Shown here piece after piece: positions 8,938 to 19,746 of a DNA stretch of 47,348 bases. The notes below the pieces were generated by a model. The model was not told the DNA's origin. It did no database searches and saw only the letters and a program-made list of their open reading frames with translations. The number at the start of each line of letters is the position of its first letter. Positions within the stretch are counted from its first letter, which is position 1. A program made the translations under genes and the position numbers. The DNA comes from Actinomycetota bacterium (GTDB taxonomy: Bacteria; Actinomycetota; Aquicultoria; Subteraquimicrobiales; UBA9087): NCBI GenBank assembly GCA_003491635.1, contig DNCG01000010.1, positions 1-47,348 on the forward strand. The letters run 5' to 3'.

Positions 8938-10020
8938 TTGTTGAAAGAAGTATATTGGCTCGGCTTAAAGCTGATACCGGAGCTAAATAACCGCCTCAAC
9001 AGGGCGCTTGAATGCTTTGGCTCGCCAGAAAACATCTGGAAGGCGAGCATTAAGGAGTTGAGGGGAGAACTTGGACTCTCGGTGGATGTGGCCGAAGGAG
9101 TCATCCGACAAAAGAACGAGCTTTGTCTCGATCGGGAGCTTGACAAGATCAGGAGGGCGGGAGTGGAGCTGTTGACCATCTCTGATCCTTCCTATCCGGG
9201 ACCATTGAAGGAAATCCACAGCCCACCACCCGTTTTATTCATTAAAGGGGAGTTAATCAAGAGCTATGAGGTGGCTGTAGCGATAGTTGGTTCCCGAAAA
9301 GCCAGCTCTTTTGGGCGAACGCTGGCCAGCGAATTGGCCCAGAATCTCTCGCGCTGTGGGATTACCATAGTTAGCGGTGTGGCGAGAGGCATTGATAGTG
9401 CCGCTCATCGCGGGGCTCTAAAGGAGGAGGGTGGTACAGTGGGGGTTCTCGGTTGTGGTCTGGATATCGTCTATCCTCCAGAGAATAAGAGACTCTACTT
9501 AGAGATTGCCGAGAGAGGGAGTTTAATCTCGGAACAACCCCTGGGCATGCGGGCTCTTCCTCAGCATTTCCCGGCTCGGAATAGGATCATCAGTGGTCTT
9601 TCCCTGGGTGTCATCGTGATCGAGGCGCCACAGAAAAGTGGTGCCCTCATCACGGCTGATTTTGCTCTCGAGCAGGGAAGAGAGGTTATGGCCGTCCCCG
9701 GAAATGTGAAGAGCAGTTTGAGTAAAGGGACTCACACGCTTTTAAAGCAGGGCGCTTGTCTGGTGGAAAGCGTGGATGATGTGATCGAAGCACTCAATTT
9801 GAACTTAAAATCGATCAAAGGGGGAATTTCGGGCAAAGAGGAATTGTTATCCGCACAGGAAAAAGCCGTCTTAACCGTTCTTGATTGGGAACCAAGGCAT
9901 ATCGATGCTATCGCGAGCGAAGTTGGATTGACTGCTTCCCAGGTTGCTAGTCTGCTCTCCGTTCTCGAAATAAAAGGTTTTGTGAAGCAGGATTTCGGCA
10001 AGAGATATTTAAGAATCTGA
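8938..10020 (+). CDS. dprA: DNA-processing protein DprA
   Basis: IVGSRKAS, SGVARGIDSAAHRGAL, GVLGCGLDIVYPPEN and a C-terminal winged-helix-like segment. TTG start sits 5 nt after GAGGAGG. Confidence 0.9.
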   Translation: MLKEVYWLGLKLIPELNNRLNRALECFGSPENIWKASIKELRGELGLSVDVAEGVIRQKNELCLDRELDKIRRAGVELLTISDPSYPGPLKEIHSPPPVLFIKGELIKSYEVAVAIVGSRKASSFGRTLASELAQNLSRCGITIVSGVARGIDSAAHRGALKEEGGTVGVLGCGLDIVYPPENKRLYLEIAERGSLISEQPLGMRALPQHFPARNRIISGLSLGVIVIEAPQKSGALITADFALEQGREVMAVPGNVKSSLSKGTHTLLKQGACLVESVDDVIEALNLNLKSIKGGISGKEELLSAQEKAVLTVLDWEPRHIDAIASEVGLTASQVASLLSVLEIKGFVKQDFGKRYLRI

Positions 10021-10034
10021 ATCGGGGGACCGAG

Positions 10035-10226
10035 ATGAAAGAGATGTGCAAGCACTGCAAGCATTTGGCAACATTTGAAACTGGGTGTCTCCTGGGAAGG
10101 AAGATGGAAAACTGCAGATCCCCAAAGGCAAGAAGGGGAGATGAAGAGCTCGTGGATAAACTCATCGATTTCCACATAAGGAGGGCTTTGAAGGATGGGG
10201 GGAGCCGGGGTGGGACCCAAGATTGA
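10035..10226 (+). CDS. Hypothetical Cys-rich small protein (63 aa), speculative
   Basis: The ATG sits 5 nt after GGGGGA and 15 nt after the dprA stop. The ORF fills an otherwise 174-nt gap and overlaps the xerC start. It has four Cys (MCKHCKH...GC...NC). I recognise no homologue. Confidence 0.25.
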   Translation: MKEMCKHCKHLATFETGCLLGRKMENCRSPKARRGDEELVDKLIDFHIRRALKDGGSRGGTQD

Positions 10227-11136
10227 GCGATCCTCCGCGGCGAGCGGTGAACTGAGAGGATTTTTGCTCTTTTTATCGGTCGAGCGAGGTGTTTCACCGA
10301 ATACGGTGGAAGGCTATCGTGGCGACATTGAACAACTCCTTTCCTTTTTGAACAGGGCTGGAAGGGAGCTAAAATCCGCGGACCATCTTCTTTTGAGACG
10401 CTACCTGGCTTACCTGCAAACTTTGAATTATAGCCGGGCGAGCATTGCTCGAAAGCTGACCTCCATTCGATCCTTTTTCAGATATTTGCAGAGAGAAAAC
10501 CATCTGAGCACCAATCCAACTGTTCTCCTCTCTTCACCTAGATCGAGAAGAAAGCTGCCCAAAACTATCAAGTTTGATATTATTAATCACCTCATTTTAG
10601 CACCGGATCTCGAAACTCCCCGGGGACAGAGAGATCGTGCCATCATGGAGGTTCTTTACGGAACTGGAATGAGGGTGGGCGAACTCGTTGGGCTGGATGT
10701 GAAGGATGTAGATTTCGTCCGCCAGGAGATTAAGGTGTGGGGAAAGGGGGCCAAGGAGAGAATCTGTCTCGTCAATGAGCCGGCTCTTGAATCGACTCGC
10801 ATCTATTTGTCCCGGGGGCGCGGAGAATTACTGGCAAGAGGAGCTCATCAGCGAGAAGAGGGGGCTCTCTTTTTGAATAGCAGAGGTGGGCGACTCTCGG
10901 TAATGGGAGTTCGCCGAATGCTTTTAAAATACATTAAGAAAGTGGGGACGGACAGAAGAATAAGTCCCCACACTTTTCGACACACCTTTGCAACTCACCT
11001 TCTAGAGGGAGGGGCGGACCTAAGGGCACTACAGGAGCTATTGGGGCACGTTGATTTATCATCAACGCAAGTTTATACTCATTTAAGTAGGAGGAAACTC
11101 AAGGAAATCTATGACAGGACACATCCCCGCGCGTAG
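10195..11136 (+). CDS. xerC: Tyrosine recombinase XerC/XerD family
   Basis: N-terminal SAM-like core-binding domain (FLLFLSVERGVSPNTVEGYRGDI). Catalytic RHTFATHLLEGGADLRALQELLGHVDLSSTQVYTH with R..HxxR..Y. The start could instead be the GTG at 10210. Confidence 0.9.
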   Translation: MGGAGVGPKIERSSAASGELRGFLLFLSVERGVSPNTVEGYRGDIEQLLSFLNRAGRELKSADHLLLRRYLAYLQTLNYSRASIARKLTSIRSFFRYLQRENHLSTNPTVLLSSPRSRRKLPKTIKFDIINHLILAPDLETPRGQRDRAIMEVLYGTGMRVGELVGLDVKDVDFVRQEIKVWGKGAKERICLVNEPALESTRIYLSRGRGELLARGAHQREEGALFLNSRGGRLSVMGVRRMLLKYIKKVGTDRRISPHTFRHTFATHLLEGGADLRALQELLGHVDLSSTQVYTHLSRRKLKEIYDRTHPRA

Positions 11137-11172
11137 TCGTGAATTCGCCCTCAACTCCTGGAGGAAACGTTT

Positions 11173-11961
11173 GTGGGAACAAACGAGTTTGATATAAACA
11201 AGATTTGGCAGGAGTACAAAAAAACTAAGTCGCAGGAAGCTCGCGATAAACTCATCCTTCATTACGCCCCCCTGGTAAAGTATGTAGCCAGCAAGGTATT
11301 CTCAGGTTTACCCCAGAACATAGAGCTAGCCGATCTGATCAGTTATGGAATATTTGGACTCATCGACGCCATAGATAAATTCGATTTCAGCAGGGGGACT
11401 AAGTTTGAGACCTATGCGATTTCTCGTATCAAGGGGGCGATCATCGACGAATTGAGGGCCCTGGACTGGGTTCCTCGCTCACTTCGGCATAAATCCAGGG
11501 AAGTGGAAAAGGTCTACCTGGCCTTGGAAAATAGGCTCAAAAGGGTTCCCACCGATGAGGAATTAGTCGAGGCCTTGGGCATCTCTTTGGAGGAGCTGCA
11601 CGATCTTTTTTCTCGACTGAACGCCAGCTCAGTTATAGCCCTTGAAGAGCTATTAAACATAGGTGCCGGCGGTGAAGAACAGATTAGTCTAATCGATACA
11701 ATAGAGGATACTGCCGCCAAAGATCCCTCTCTAGTCGCCGAGCATTCGGAGATGAAAAAGACTTTGCTGGAGGCGCTCACTCGTCTACCGGAGCGCGAGA
11801 GGACGATCGTTGCCCTCTATTACTACAAGGGTTTGACTCTTAGAGAGATCGGTGAGATTCTGGGCATCACGGAATCTCGTGTTTCCCAGCTCCACAACAA
11901 GGCGCTATTCAGATTGAAAGCACGCTTGAAACAGCTAAGGACGCTGATTGGTTCGGGCTAG
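11173..11961 (+). CDS. RNA polymerase sigma factor, FliA/WhiG (sigma-28) family
   Basis: 262 aa with regions 2-4: LVKYVASKV, YAISRIKGAIIDELR and LTLREIGEILGITESRVSQLHNKA. Its position directly upstream of rpsB matches whiG/sigD synteny. Confidence 0.85.
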   Translation: MGTNEFDINKIWQEYKKTKSQEARDKLILHYAPLVKYVASKVFSGLPQNIELADLISYGIFGLIDAIDKFDFSRGTKFETYAISRIKGAIIDELRALDWVPRSLRHKSREVEKVYLALENRLKRVPTDEELVEALGISLEELHDLFSRLNASSVIALEELLNIGAGGEEQISLIDTIEDTAAKDPSLVAEHSEMKKTLLEALTRLPERERTIVALYYYKGLTLREIGEILGITESRVSQLHNKALFRLKARLKQLRTLIGSG

Positions 11962-11981
11962 ATTGTTGCCCGGACTTTTTT
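11952..11981 (+). terminator. Intrinsic terminator at the end of the sigma-factor gene
   Basis: 7-bp stem TTCGGGC/GCCCGGA (one G-U) spanning the TAG stop, a 9-nt loop, then C followed by TTTTTT (11976-11981). Confidence 0.6.
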
Positions 11982-11994
11982 CTTGTGCTACACT
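11966..11994 (+). promoter_or_regulatory. Extended -10 promoter for rpsB-tsf
   Basis: TTGCCC (11966-11971), 17-nt spacer, TGCTACACT (11986-11994). It lies about 120 nt upstream of the rpsB ATG. Confidence 0.4.
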
Positions 11995-12038
11995 AAGAAC
12001 GTTTTGAATTCACACACCCACTGACCCTTTCTTTGGTG

Positions 12039-12055
12039 CCCCGCCATCGGCGGGG
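12039..12055 (+). promoter_or_regulatory. GC hairpin in the rpsB 5' leader
   Basis: CCCCGCC-ATC-GGCGGGG, a perfect 7-bp stem with no following T-tract, 58 nt before the rpsB ATG. Confidence 0.3.
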
Positions 12056-12112
12056 TGAAGAAGGGGAATGAAGTGGGCGGAGGAAAAACCAAGAAGGGAG
12101 GGAGGTGCTGGT

Positions 12113-12856
12113 ATGGCGATTGTTTCCATGAAGCACCTTTTGGAAGCCGGGGTTCACTTTGGCCATCAAACCCGCCGATGGAATCCCAAGATGAAACCCT
12201 ATATCTTCACAGAGCGAAACGGCATCTACATCCTCGATCTTCAGAAAACCCTGGAAAAGATTGAGGTAGCTTACGCCTTTGTGCGGGAAGTTGTCAGCCA
12301 GGGTGAGCAGATTCTCTTCGTCGGGACAAAGAAACAGGCCCAGGAATCGATCAAGGAAGAAGCAGCTCGTTGTGGAATGCCTTATGTGAATTATAGGTGG
12401 TTAGGTGGGACCCTGACAAACTTTGAAACCATCCGCCGGCGAATAGCAAAGTTGAACGAGTTGGAGGATATGGAGGAGAAGGGCCTGTTTAAGCTTATGC
12501 CGAAGAAGGAAGTGATTAAACTCCAAAAAGAGCATGCTAAGTTAGAACGCAACCTCGGTGGAATCCGTGAAATGGGAAGACTTCCAGGTGCTATTTACAT
12601 AGTCGATCCTCGAAGAGAGAGAATACCAATTCAAGAAGCTAGACGTCTGGGGATACCCATTGTGGCCATCGTTGATACCAACTGCGATCCCGATGAGATC
12701 GATTACGTCATTCCCGGTAACGATGATGCAATTCGTGCGTTGAGCTTAATCACCAGAATTATCGCCGATGCCGCTCTGGAGGGCAAAGAAAGCCAAACCA
12801 TTGTGGAAGAAAAAATCACAGCCGAAGGCGAAGAGGCAGAAGTGGGGGCTGTGTAG
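12113..12856 (+). CDS. rpsB: 30S ribosomal protein S2
   Basis: [27 protein letters not shown] is a canonical S2 N-terminus. The ATG at 12113 is preceded by GGGAGGGAGG. The ORF track extends to 12068. Confidence 0.92.
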   Translation: MAIVSMKHLLEAGVHFGHQTRRWNPKMKPYIFTERNGIYILDLQKTLEKIEVAYAFVREVVSQGEQILFVGTKKQAQESIKEEAARCGMPYVNYRWLGGTLTNFETIRRRIAKLNELEDMEEKGLFKLMPKKEVIKLQKEHAKLERNLGGIREMGRLPGAIYIVDPRRERIPIQEARRLGIPIVAIVDTNCDPDEIDYVIPGNDDAIRALSLITRIIADAALEGKESQTIVEEKITAEGEEAEVGAV

Positions 12857-12876
12857 TGGATCAAAGGAGGTTGTGT

Positions 12877-14781
<1,905 letters not shown>

Positions 14782-14867
14782 CCTGCCTGCTATCCGCTTG
14801 ACGCCCGCTTGAATGCCCCGATGCAGTCAGGTTTTCAGCCATCAGCGGGGTAAAGGAGTCTTCTTAA

Positions 14868-15656
14868 GTGTTAAATGGGTTTATCAAGAGTCTTCGGACA
14901 CCGTTCTCAAGGTTTCGCGAAGACCTTTTTTTTAAACGAATTGATTTAACAAAGGTTCCCAAGCATGTCGCCATCATCATGGACGGCAATGGGCGCTGGG
15001 CGGCCAAACGTGGCTTGCCAAGATTGGCTGGCCACAGGGCTGGAGCTGAAGCCATCAGAAGAACGATACGGGCTGCAGCGGATGTGGGCGTGAAGTATCT
15101 CACCCTCTATGCTTTCTCCGTGGAGAACTGGAAGCGTCCCCGAGATGAAGTTAGGGGACTGATGAACCTCTTTGAGGAAACATTGAGAAAGGAACTCCAG
15201 GAGCTACACGAGAAAGGAATCAAAATCAATGTGATAGGACACCTTGAAGAACTATCGAAATCCACGCAGAGATGTTTCAGGGAGGCCATGGAACTTACGG
15301 CCAACAATAAGGAGATGATTTTAAACATCGCTCTCAACTACGGGGGGAGGGTAGAGATTGCGGATGCGGCACGGGAGATTGCCCGGGCGGTGCGGGATGG
15401 GAAGATGGCTTTAGAATCGATTAAACCTGAGACTCTGGCAGATTATCTCTATACATCCGGGAGCCCCGATCCGGAGTTGCTCATAAGAACCAGCGGTGAA
15501 CTCCGGGTGAGCAACTTCCTGCTCTGGCAGATAGCCTACACCGAACTTTGGGTGACCGCCGCACTATGGCCGGATTTTGAGAAGGCCGATTTTTACCAGG
15601 CGATCTACGAATTTCAACAAAGGAAGAGGCGATTTGGTGGATTGGAGGCGGATTAA
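14868..15656 (+). CDS. uppS: Isoprenyl (undecaprenyl/decaprenyl) diphosphate synthase, cis-prenyltransferase
   Basis: HVAIIMDGNGRWA, LTLYAFSVENWKRP and RVSNFLLWQIAYTE. GTG start lies 9 nt after AAAGGAG. Confidence 0.92.
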   Translation: MLNGFIKSLRTPFSRFREDLFFKRIDLTKVPKHVAIIMDGNGRWAAKRGLPRLAGHRAGAEAIRRTIRAAADVGVKYLTLYAFSVENWKRPRDEVRGLMNLFEETLRKELQELHEKGIKINVIGHLEELSKSTQRCFREAMELTANNKEMILNIALNYGGRVEIADAAREIARAVRDGKMALESIKPETLADYLYTSGSPDPELLIRTSGELRVSNFLLWQIAYTELWVTAALWPDFEKADFYQAIYEFQQRKRRFGGLEAD

Positions 15657-15659
15657 GTC

Positions 15660-16451
15660 ATGCTCAAACAAAGGATCATTAGTGCCATCGTCGGCGGATT
15701 GCTGCTAATTGGCCTTCTGTTTTTGGGAAAATACCCCTTTTTTCTGGTGATCCTTGCGATCGTACTGTTCAGTTTGGACGAATTTTACTCCTTGCTCCGC
15801 TTTAGAGGCATGCAACCAAACGCCGTTTTGGGAATGTTGGGGGGTCTTTTCCTGTGCTTGGGTGCTCTTTTGGGGAAAGAGGGAGGAATGATGTTTGCTC
15901 TGGCCCTTTCGGTTTTTACCATCCTCATCTGGCAGATATTCACCCTGGGCAGGACCAGCATTTCCAACAGTACCTTGACCATCTTTGGTAGCTTTTACAT
16001 TGGATTTCTACTCGCTCATACGATTTTAATCAGGGGACTTGGCGAGCATGGCCCATTTCTTATGCTCCTGGTATTCATCGGCACCTGGGTTTGTGATACG
16101 GCCGCCTATGGAGCTGGAGTCAAGATCGGCAAGAGAAAGCTTGCCCCTCAAGTCAGCCCCAATAAGACCTGGGAGGGGACGATTGGGGGAGCGCTAGCGA
16201 GCTCAATTTCGCTCGGTCTGATCTGTCTGGCATTCTTCCCCTGGCTTTCCTTCCTTAGGGGATCGATATTGGGATTGGCCATCGGGATCGCCTCTCCCCT
16301 GGGTGATCTGGCTGAATCTCGCCTGAAGCGGGAGATGAGGGTCAAAAATACTGGCTCTTTGATCCCCGGACACGGAGGTGTGCTAGACAGATTTGATAGT
16401 CTCATTTTCACCGCTCCAGTTGCCTATTACCTCCTGAAGTTGCTCCTCTGA
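15660..16451 (+). CDS. cdsA: Phosphatidate cytidylyltransferase
   Basis: Polytopic membrane protein with SPNKTWEGTIGG and PGHGGVLDRFDS signature motifs. Confidence 0.9.
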   Translation: MLKQRIISAIVGGLLLIGLLFLGKYPFFLVILAIVLFSLDEFYSLLRFRGMQPNAVLGMLGGLFLCLGALLGKEGGMMFALALSVFTILIWQIFTLGRTSISNSTLTIFGSFYIGFLLAHTILIRGLGEHGPFLMLLVFIGTWVCDTAAYGAGVKIGKRKLAPQVSPNKTWEGTIGGALASSISLGLICLAFFPWLSFLRGSILGLAIGIASPLGDLAESRLKREMRVKNTGSLIPGHGGVLDRFDSLIFTAPVAYYLLKLLL

Positions 16452-16459
16452 GGTGAGAC

Positions 16460-17620
16460 ATGAAAAGAGTAACAATACTGGGGTCCACCGGATCGATTGG
16501 ATGCCAGACGGTTGAGATCATCAAAAAGCACCCCAAACGCTTCAAGGTCCTCGGACTATCCGCTCATAAAAACATCGACCTTCTGGAAGAACAGTTAATC
16601 GAATTGCGGCCTCAAATCGTCGCGGTGTTGGACAAGGCGGCGGCCATGGAGCTAAAAAAACGAGTGGAAGGAAAGGTCAGGGTACTTGTCGGCGCGGAGG
16701 GTTTAGAGGAGTTGGCTTCGCTTCCCGAGAGCGACCTCGTAGTCAATGCCATTGTTGGCTCCGCTGGTTTGGATCCGACCATCGCCGCAATCGAGGCAGA
16801 CAAGGAGCTCGCTCTGGCTAATAAGGAGTCCCTGGTCGTGGGCGGGGAGATAGTAAGGGGTCTCGTCCAGAAAAGAGGAGCGAGGGTAATTCCCGTGGAC
16901 AGCGAGCACAGTGCCATCTTCCAGTGCCTTCAGGGTGAAAGCCCAGGCGACGTGGTTCGACTCCTCCTTACCGGTTCCGGGGGACCTTTCAGGGGGAAAA
17001 GGCTCGAGGAGTTGAAAGATGTTGCCGTGGAGGAGGCTTTAGCTCATCCTCGCTGGAAAATGGGAAGGAAGATATCCATCGATTCGGCCACCTTGATGAA
17101 CAAGGGTCTTGAGATCATCGAAGCGCATTTTCTGTTTGGAATCGATTACGATAGGATCGAGGTGGTTATCCACCCCCAGAGCATAATCCACTCCATGGTG
17201 GAGTTCAGGGATGGTTCCATAAAAGCGCATCTGGGATGGGCGGATATGCGCATACCCATTCAATATGCCCTCTCATTTCCCGAGAGATTATCGTCTCCCC
17301 TCGCCGGCCTGGATTTTTCAGATTTGGGCCAATTTACCTTCGAGAAACCCGATTTGGTGAATTTTCCCTGCCTCGAACTTGCGCTCCAAGCAGCCAGGAA
17401 TGGGAGGACATATCCAGCGGTTTTGAATGCCGCCAACGAGGAGGCAGTAGCAGCATTTTTAGACAGAAGGATTCCTTTCATCCTGATACCTCAAATCATA
17501 GGTCAAACGCTGGATACCCATTCTCCACGGAATGCCAACGACCTCAGCGTGCTCAAGGAGGTCGAAAGGTGGGCGCGGAACAGAACCAAAGAGTTAATAA
17601 AAAGGGCAAGTGAACTTTGA
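16460..17620 (+). CDS. dxr: 1-deoxy-D-xylulose-5-phosphate reductoisomerase
   Basis: ILGSTGSIG NADPH motif, LANKESLV, DSEHSAIFQCL and NKGLEIIEA. Confidence 0.95.
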   Translation: MKRVTILGSTGSIGCQTVEIIKKHPKRFKVLGLSAHKNIDLLEEQLIELRPQIVAVLDKAAAMELKKRVEGKVRVLVGAEGLEELASLPESDLVVNAIVGSAGLDPTIAAIEADKELALANKESLVVGGEIVRGLVQKRGARVIPVDSEHSAIFQCLQGESPGDVVRLLLTGSGGPFRGKRLEELKDVAVEEALAHPRWKMGRKISIDSATLMNKGLEIIEAHFLFGIDYDRIEVVIHPQSIIHSMVEFRDGSIKAHLGWADMRIPIQYALSFPERLSSPLAGLDFSDLGQFTFEKPDLVNFPCLELALQAARNGRTYPAVLNAANEEAVAAFLDRRIPFILIPQIIGQTLDTHSPRNANDLSVLKEVERWARNRTKELIKRASEL

Positions 17621-18660
17621 TGGTCATAGTCGCCATTCTGGGTATAGGGCTTTTAATATTCGCTCACGAACTTGGGCATTTCCTCGTCGCCAAACTGATG
17701 AGGGTGAAAGTTGATGAATTTATGCTCGGCTTTCCCGGTCCAAGAATATTTTCTTTCACCCGCGGCGAAACCACCTATGGATTGACCTTGGTTTTCTTTG
17801 GTGGGTACTGTCGATTCGCCCACTTTGATCCCCAAAAGTCCCCTCCTCAGGACAAAGGTAGATTTCTCGAGTTCCAATCGGTATGGAGAAAGTTGGGCAT
17901 CCTCCTGGGGGGACCGGTGATGAATCTGATTCTCCCCATCTTCTTGATAGCTACCGTACTGATGGCTGGCTTTATGGTTCCCACGACGACCATAGTCAAG
18001 GTGTGGCCGAATGCGCCAGCCGTTGAGGCCGGTTTCAAACCCGGCGATAAGATAATTTCTGTTGATGGAAAGAGGATAAACGAATGGGGAGAGGCTGTAG
18101 AGATTATTCGAGCTAACCCGAATAAGCAAATTAAAGTTGGAGTGGTCAGGGAGGGAGAGTTGATGCTTCTTTATCCCACCCTAACGACGAGGGATTCTCA
18201 TGGTTTCCTGGGCATCGAGGTCACCACGGAAATGAAAAGGGAAAACCCCTTTGTTGCTTTCTGTAAGGCCACGATCATGACCGCTCAATGGACAATTAAG
18301 ATGTGCCAGATCTTATTTGAGTTTCTTACCCAGAGGCTTGGCGAGTTCGTTCGTGGTTTGAGAAGCCCCATCGGAGCTGTCCAGGAAGCAGCGAGGGTTG
18401 CCAGGGGAAGCATCCTTGATTTTCTCCTCATGCTCGCCGTGATGAGCATCTTTCTCGGGATCTTCAACTTCTTTCCTTTGCCCCCCTTGGATGGTGGTAG
18501 GATACTCATCGCGGGGATAGAATTGATCAGAAGAAGGCCCATTGAACCAAGCCTGCTCATCGCGATCCAAGGAGCTGGAATGCTTTTTTTGCTCTTTCTC
18601 ATGGTTTATCTAGTTTTGGCCGATATCCAAAGATTAGTTGCAAGTTTCGGAGGGATATAG
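17620..18660 (+). CDS. rseP: RseP/Rip1-type site-2 metalloprotease (M50) with PDZ domain
   Basis: HELGHFLVAKL zinc motif, PDZ segment (AGFKPGDKIISVDG) and NFFPLPPLDGG. The start is either TTG 17617 or ATG 17620 (TGATG overlap with the dxr stop). Confidence 0.9.
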   Translation: MVIVAILGIGLLIFAHELGHFLVAKLMRVKVDEFMLGFPGPRIFSFTRGETTYGLTLVFFGGYCRFAHFDPQKSPPQDKGRFLEFQSVWRKLGILLGGPVMNLILPIFLIATVLMAGFMVPTTTIVKVWPNAPAVEAGFKPGDKIISVDGKRINEWGEAVEIIRANPNKQIKVGVVREGELMLLYPTLTTRDSHGFLGIEVTTEMKRENPFVAFCKATIMTAQWTIKMCQILFEFLTQRLGEFVRGLRSPIGAVQEAARVARGSILDFLLMLAVMSIFLGIFNFFPLPPLDGGRILIAGIELIRRRPIEPSLLIAIQGAGMLFLLFLMVYLVLADIQRLVASFGGI

Positions 18661-19746
18661 ATGAGCTCGGTGCGGCGTTTCTCGCGTCAGGTAAAAGTCG
18701 GAGGGGTTAAAATTGGCGGTGGTGCTCCCGTATCCGTCCAATCCATGACCACCACAAAAACTGAGGATGTTCAATCCACCATTGCTCAGATTAAGGAGTT
18801 GGAGGCAGTTGGCTGTGAGCTTGTGCGCATGGCCGTGCCCAACACGAGAGCTGTGGCAGCTTTGGGGGATATCAAGAAGAAAATATGTATCCCCCTAATC
18901 GCCGACATCCACTTCGACTATCGATTGGCTCTGGCGGCCTTGGAAGCTGGGGTGGATAAAATACGGATAAATCCGGGTAACATCGGAGACCAGAATCGTG
19001 TAAAGATGATCGTCGAGAAAGCGAGGGAGAAGAGAATCCCCATCCGAATTGGTGTAAATGCCGGCTCTCTTCACAAAAAGTACGCTGAGGTGAGGGAGGG
19101 ACAGGCTAAGGCTCTAGTAGATAGTGCTTTGGAGTACATTAAATTCTGCGAGGATCTGAATTTCCGCGACATTGTGGTCTCGGTGAAAGCCTCCTCTGTT
19201 CCGGTGACCATCGATGCCTATAAAATGCTTGCCACAAAAGTGGATTATCCATTACATTTAGGTATAACTGAGGCCGGAACTCTCCTTGTGGGGGCGGTCA
19301 AATCGGCCATCGGCCTTGGTGTGTTGCTCAATGAGGGCATCGGAGATACCATCAGGGTTTCCCTCACGGCCGATCCCGTGGAGGAGGTTAGGGTCAGTTT
19401 CGAGATTCTCAAGGCGCTGGGTTTGAGAAGGGGACCGGAGCTTATCTCCTGCCCTACCTGTGGCAGGTGCGAGGTAGATTTGATTTCTCTTGCTGAGAAA
19501 GTTGAGAGGAGAATCTCTCATTGCAGAGCACCCATCAAAATTGCAGTCATGGGTTGCGTGGTCAATGGACCCGGTGAGGCTAGGGAAGCGGATGTGGGGA
19601 TTGCCGCTGGTAGAGGGGCGGGTCTCCTCTTTGCCAAGGGAGAGGTAGTTCGAAAGGTACCGGAGGGTGACCTGATCGATGCGCTAATGGAAGAGATAAG
19701 GAAATACGAGGAGGAGATCCCTACCCGTGGAGAAGAAGGAAGCTGA
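18661..19746 (+). CDS. ispG: 4-hydroxy-3-methylbut-2-enyl diphosphate synthase (IspG/GcpE)
   Basis: [15 protein letters not shown] and the Fe-S cysteines CPTCGRC...GCVVNGPGE. The ATG immediately follows the rseP stop. Confidence 0.95.
   Translation: MSSVRRFSRQVKVGGVKIGGGAPVSVQSMTTTKTEDVQSTIAQIKELEAVGCELVRMAVPNTRAVAALGDIKKKICIPLIADIHFDYRLALAALEAGVDKIRINPGNIGDQNRVKMIVEKAREKRIPIRIGVNAGSLHKKYAEVREGQAKALVDSALEYIKFCEDLNFRDIVVSVKASSVPVTIDAYKMLATKVDYPLHLGITEAGTLLVGAVKSAIGLGVLLNEGIGDTIRVSLTADPVEEVRVSFEILKALGLRRGPELISCPTCGRCEVDLISLAEKVERRISHCRAPIKIAVMGCVVNGPGEAREADVGIAAGRGAGLLFAKGEVVRKVPEGDLIDALMEEIRKYEEEIPTRGEEGS

Noticed and set aside
9732-10220. 162-aa minus-strand ORF spanning the dprA 3' end and the dprA-xerC spacer
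   Set aside because: Most of it is antisense to the conserved dprA C-terminus. It has no SD. The + strand small ORF, or a leader explanation, is simpler.
12068-12112. Longer N-terminal extensions given by the ORF track for rpsB (12068), rpsO (29549), pnp (29878), rplS (4701), tsf (12856), frr (14137) and the Lon-like gene (44833)
   Set aside because: The extensions precede the universally conserved protein N-termini. They lack SDs, whereas the internal starts I chose have strong GGAGG-type SDs at proper spacing.
14794-14850. Direct 8-mer repeat CCGCTTGA (14794-14801 and 14805-14812) and an imperfect hairpin CCCCG...CGGGG (14816-14850) in the frr-uppS spacer
   Set aside because: The repeat is short. 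The TTGAC/TTGAA -35-like cores have no matching -10 element at 16-18 nt. The hairpin has a large interrupted loop and no T-tract. This is too weak to call a feature.
16927-16939. Third occurrence of CCTTCAGGGTGAA, the core of the 22-nt repeat
   Set aside because: It lies inside dxr coding sequence (FQCLQGESPG). Only 13 nt match, and the downstream part (AGCCC) cannot form the mini hairpin. It is probably coincidental.
18619-18626. GCCGATAT / GCCGATAA matches to the sigma-28 (FliA/SigD) -10 consensus, also at 21819-21826 and 44158-44165
   Set aside because: All three are inside coding regions, where they encode Ala-Asp-Ile/Met-type codons. None has a TAAA -35 element at the required ~15-nt spacing, so they are not credible WhiG/FliA promoters from sequence alone.
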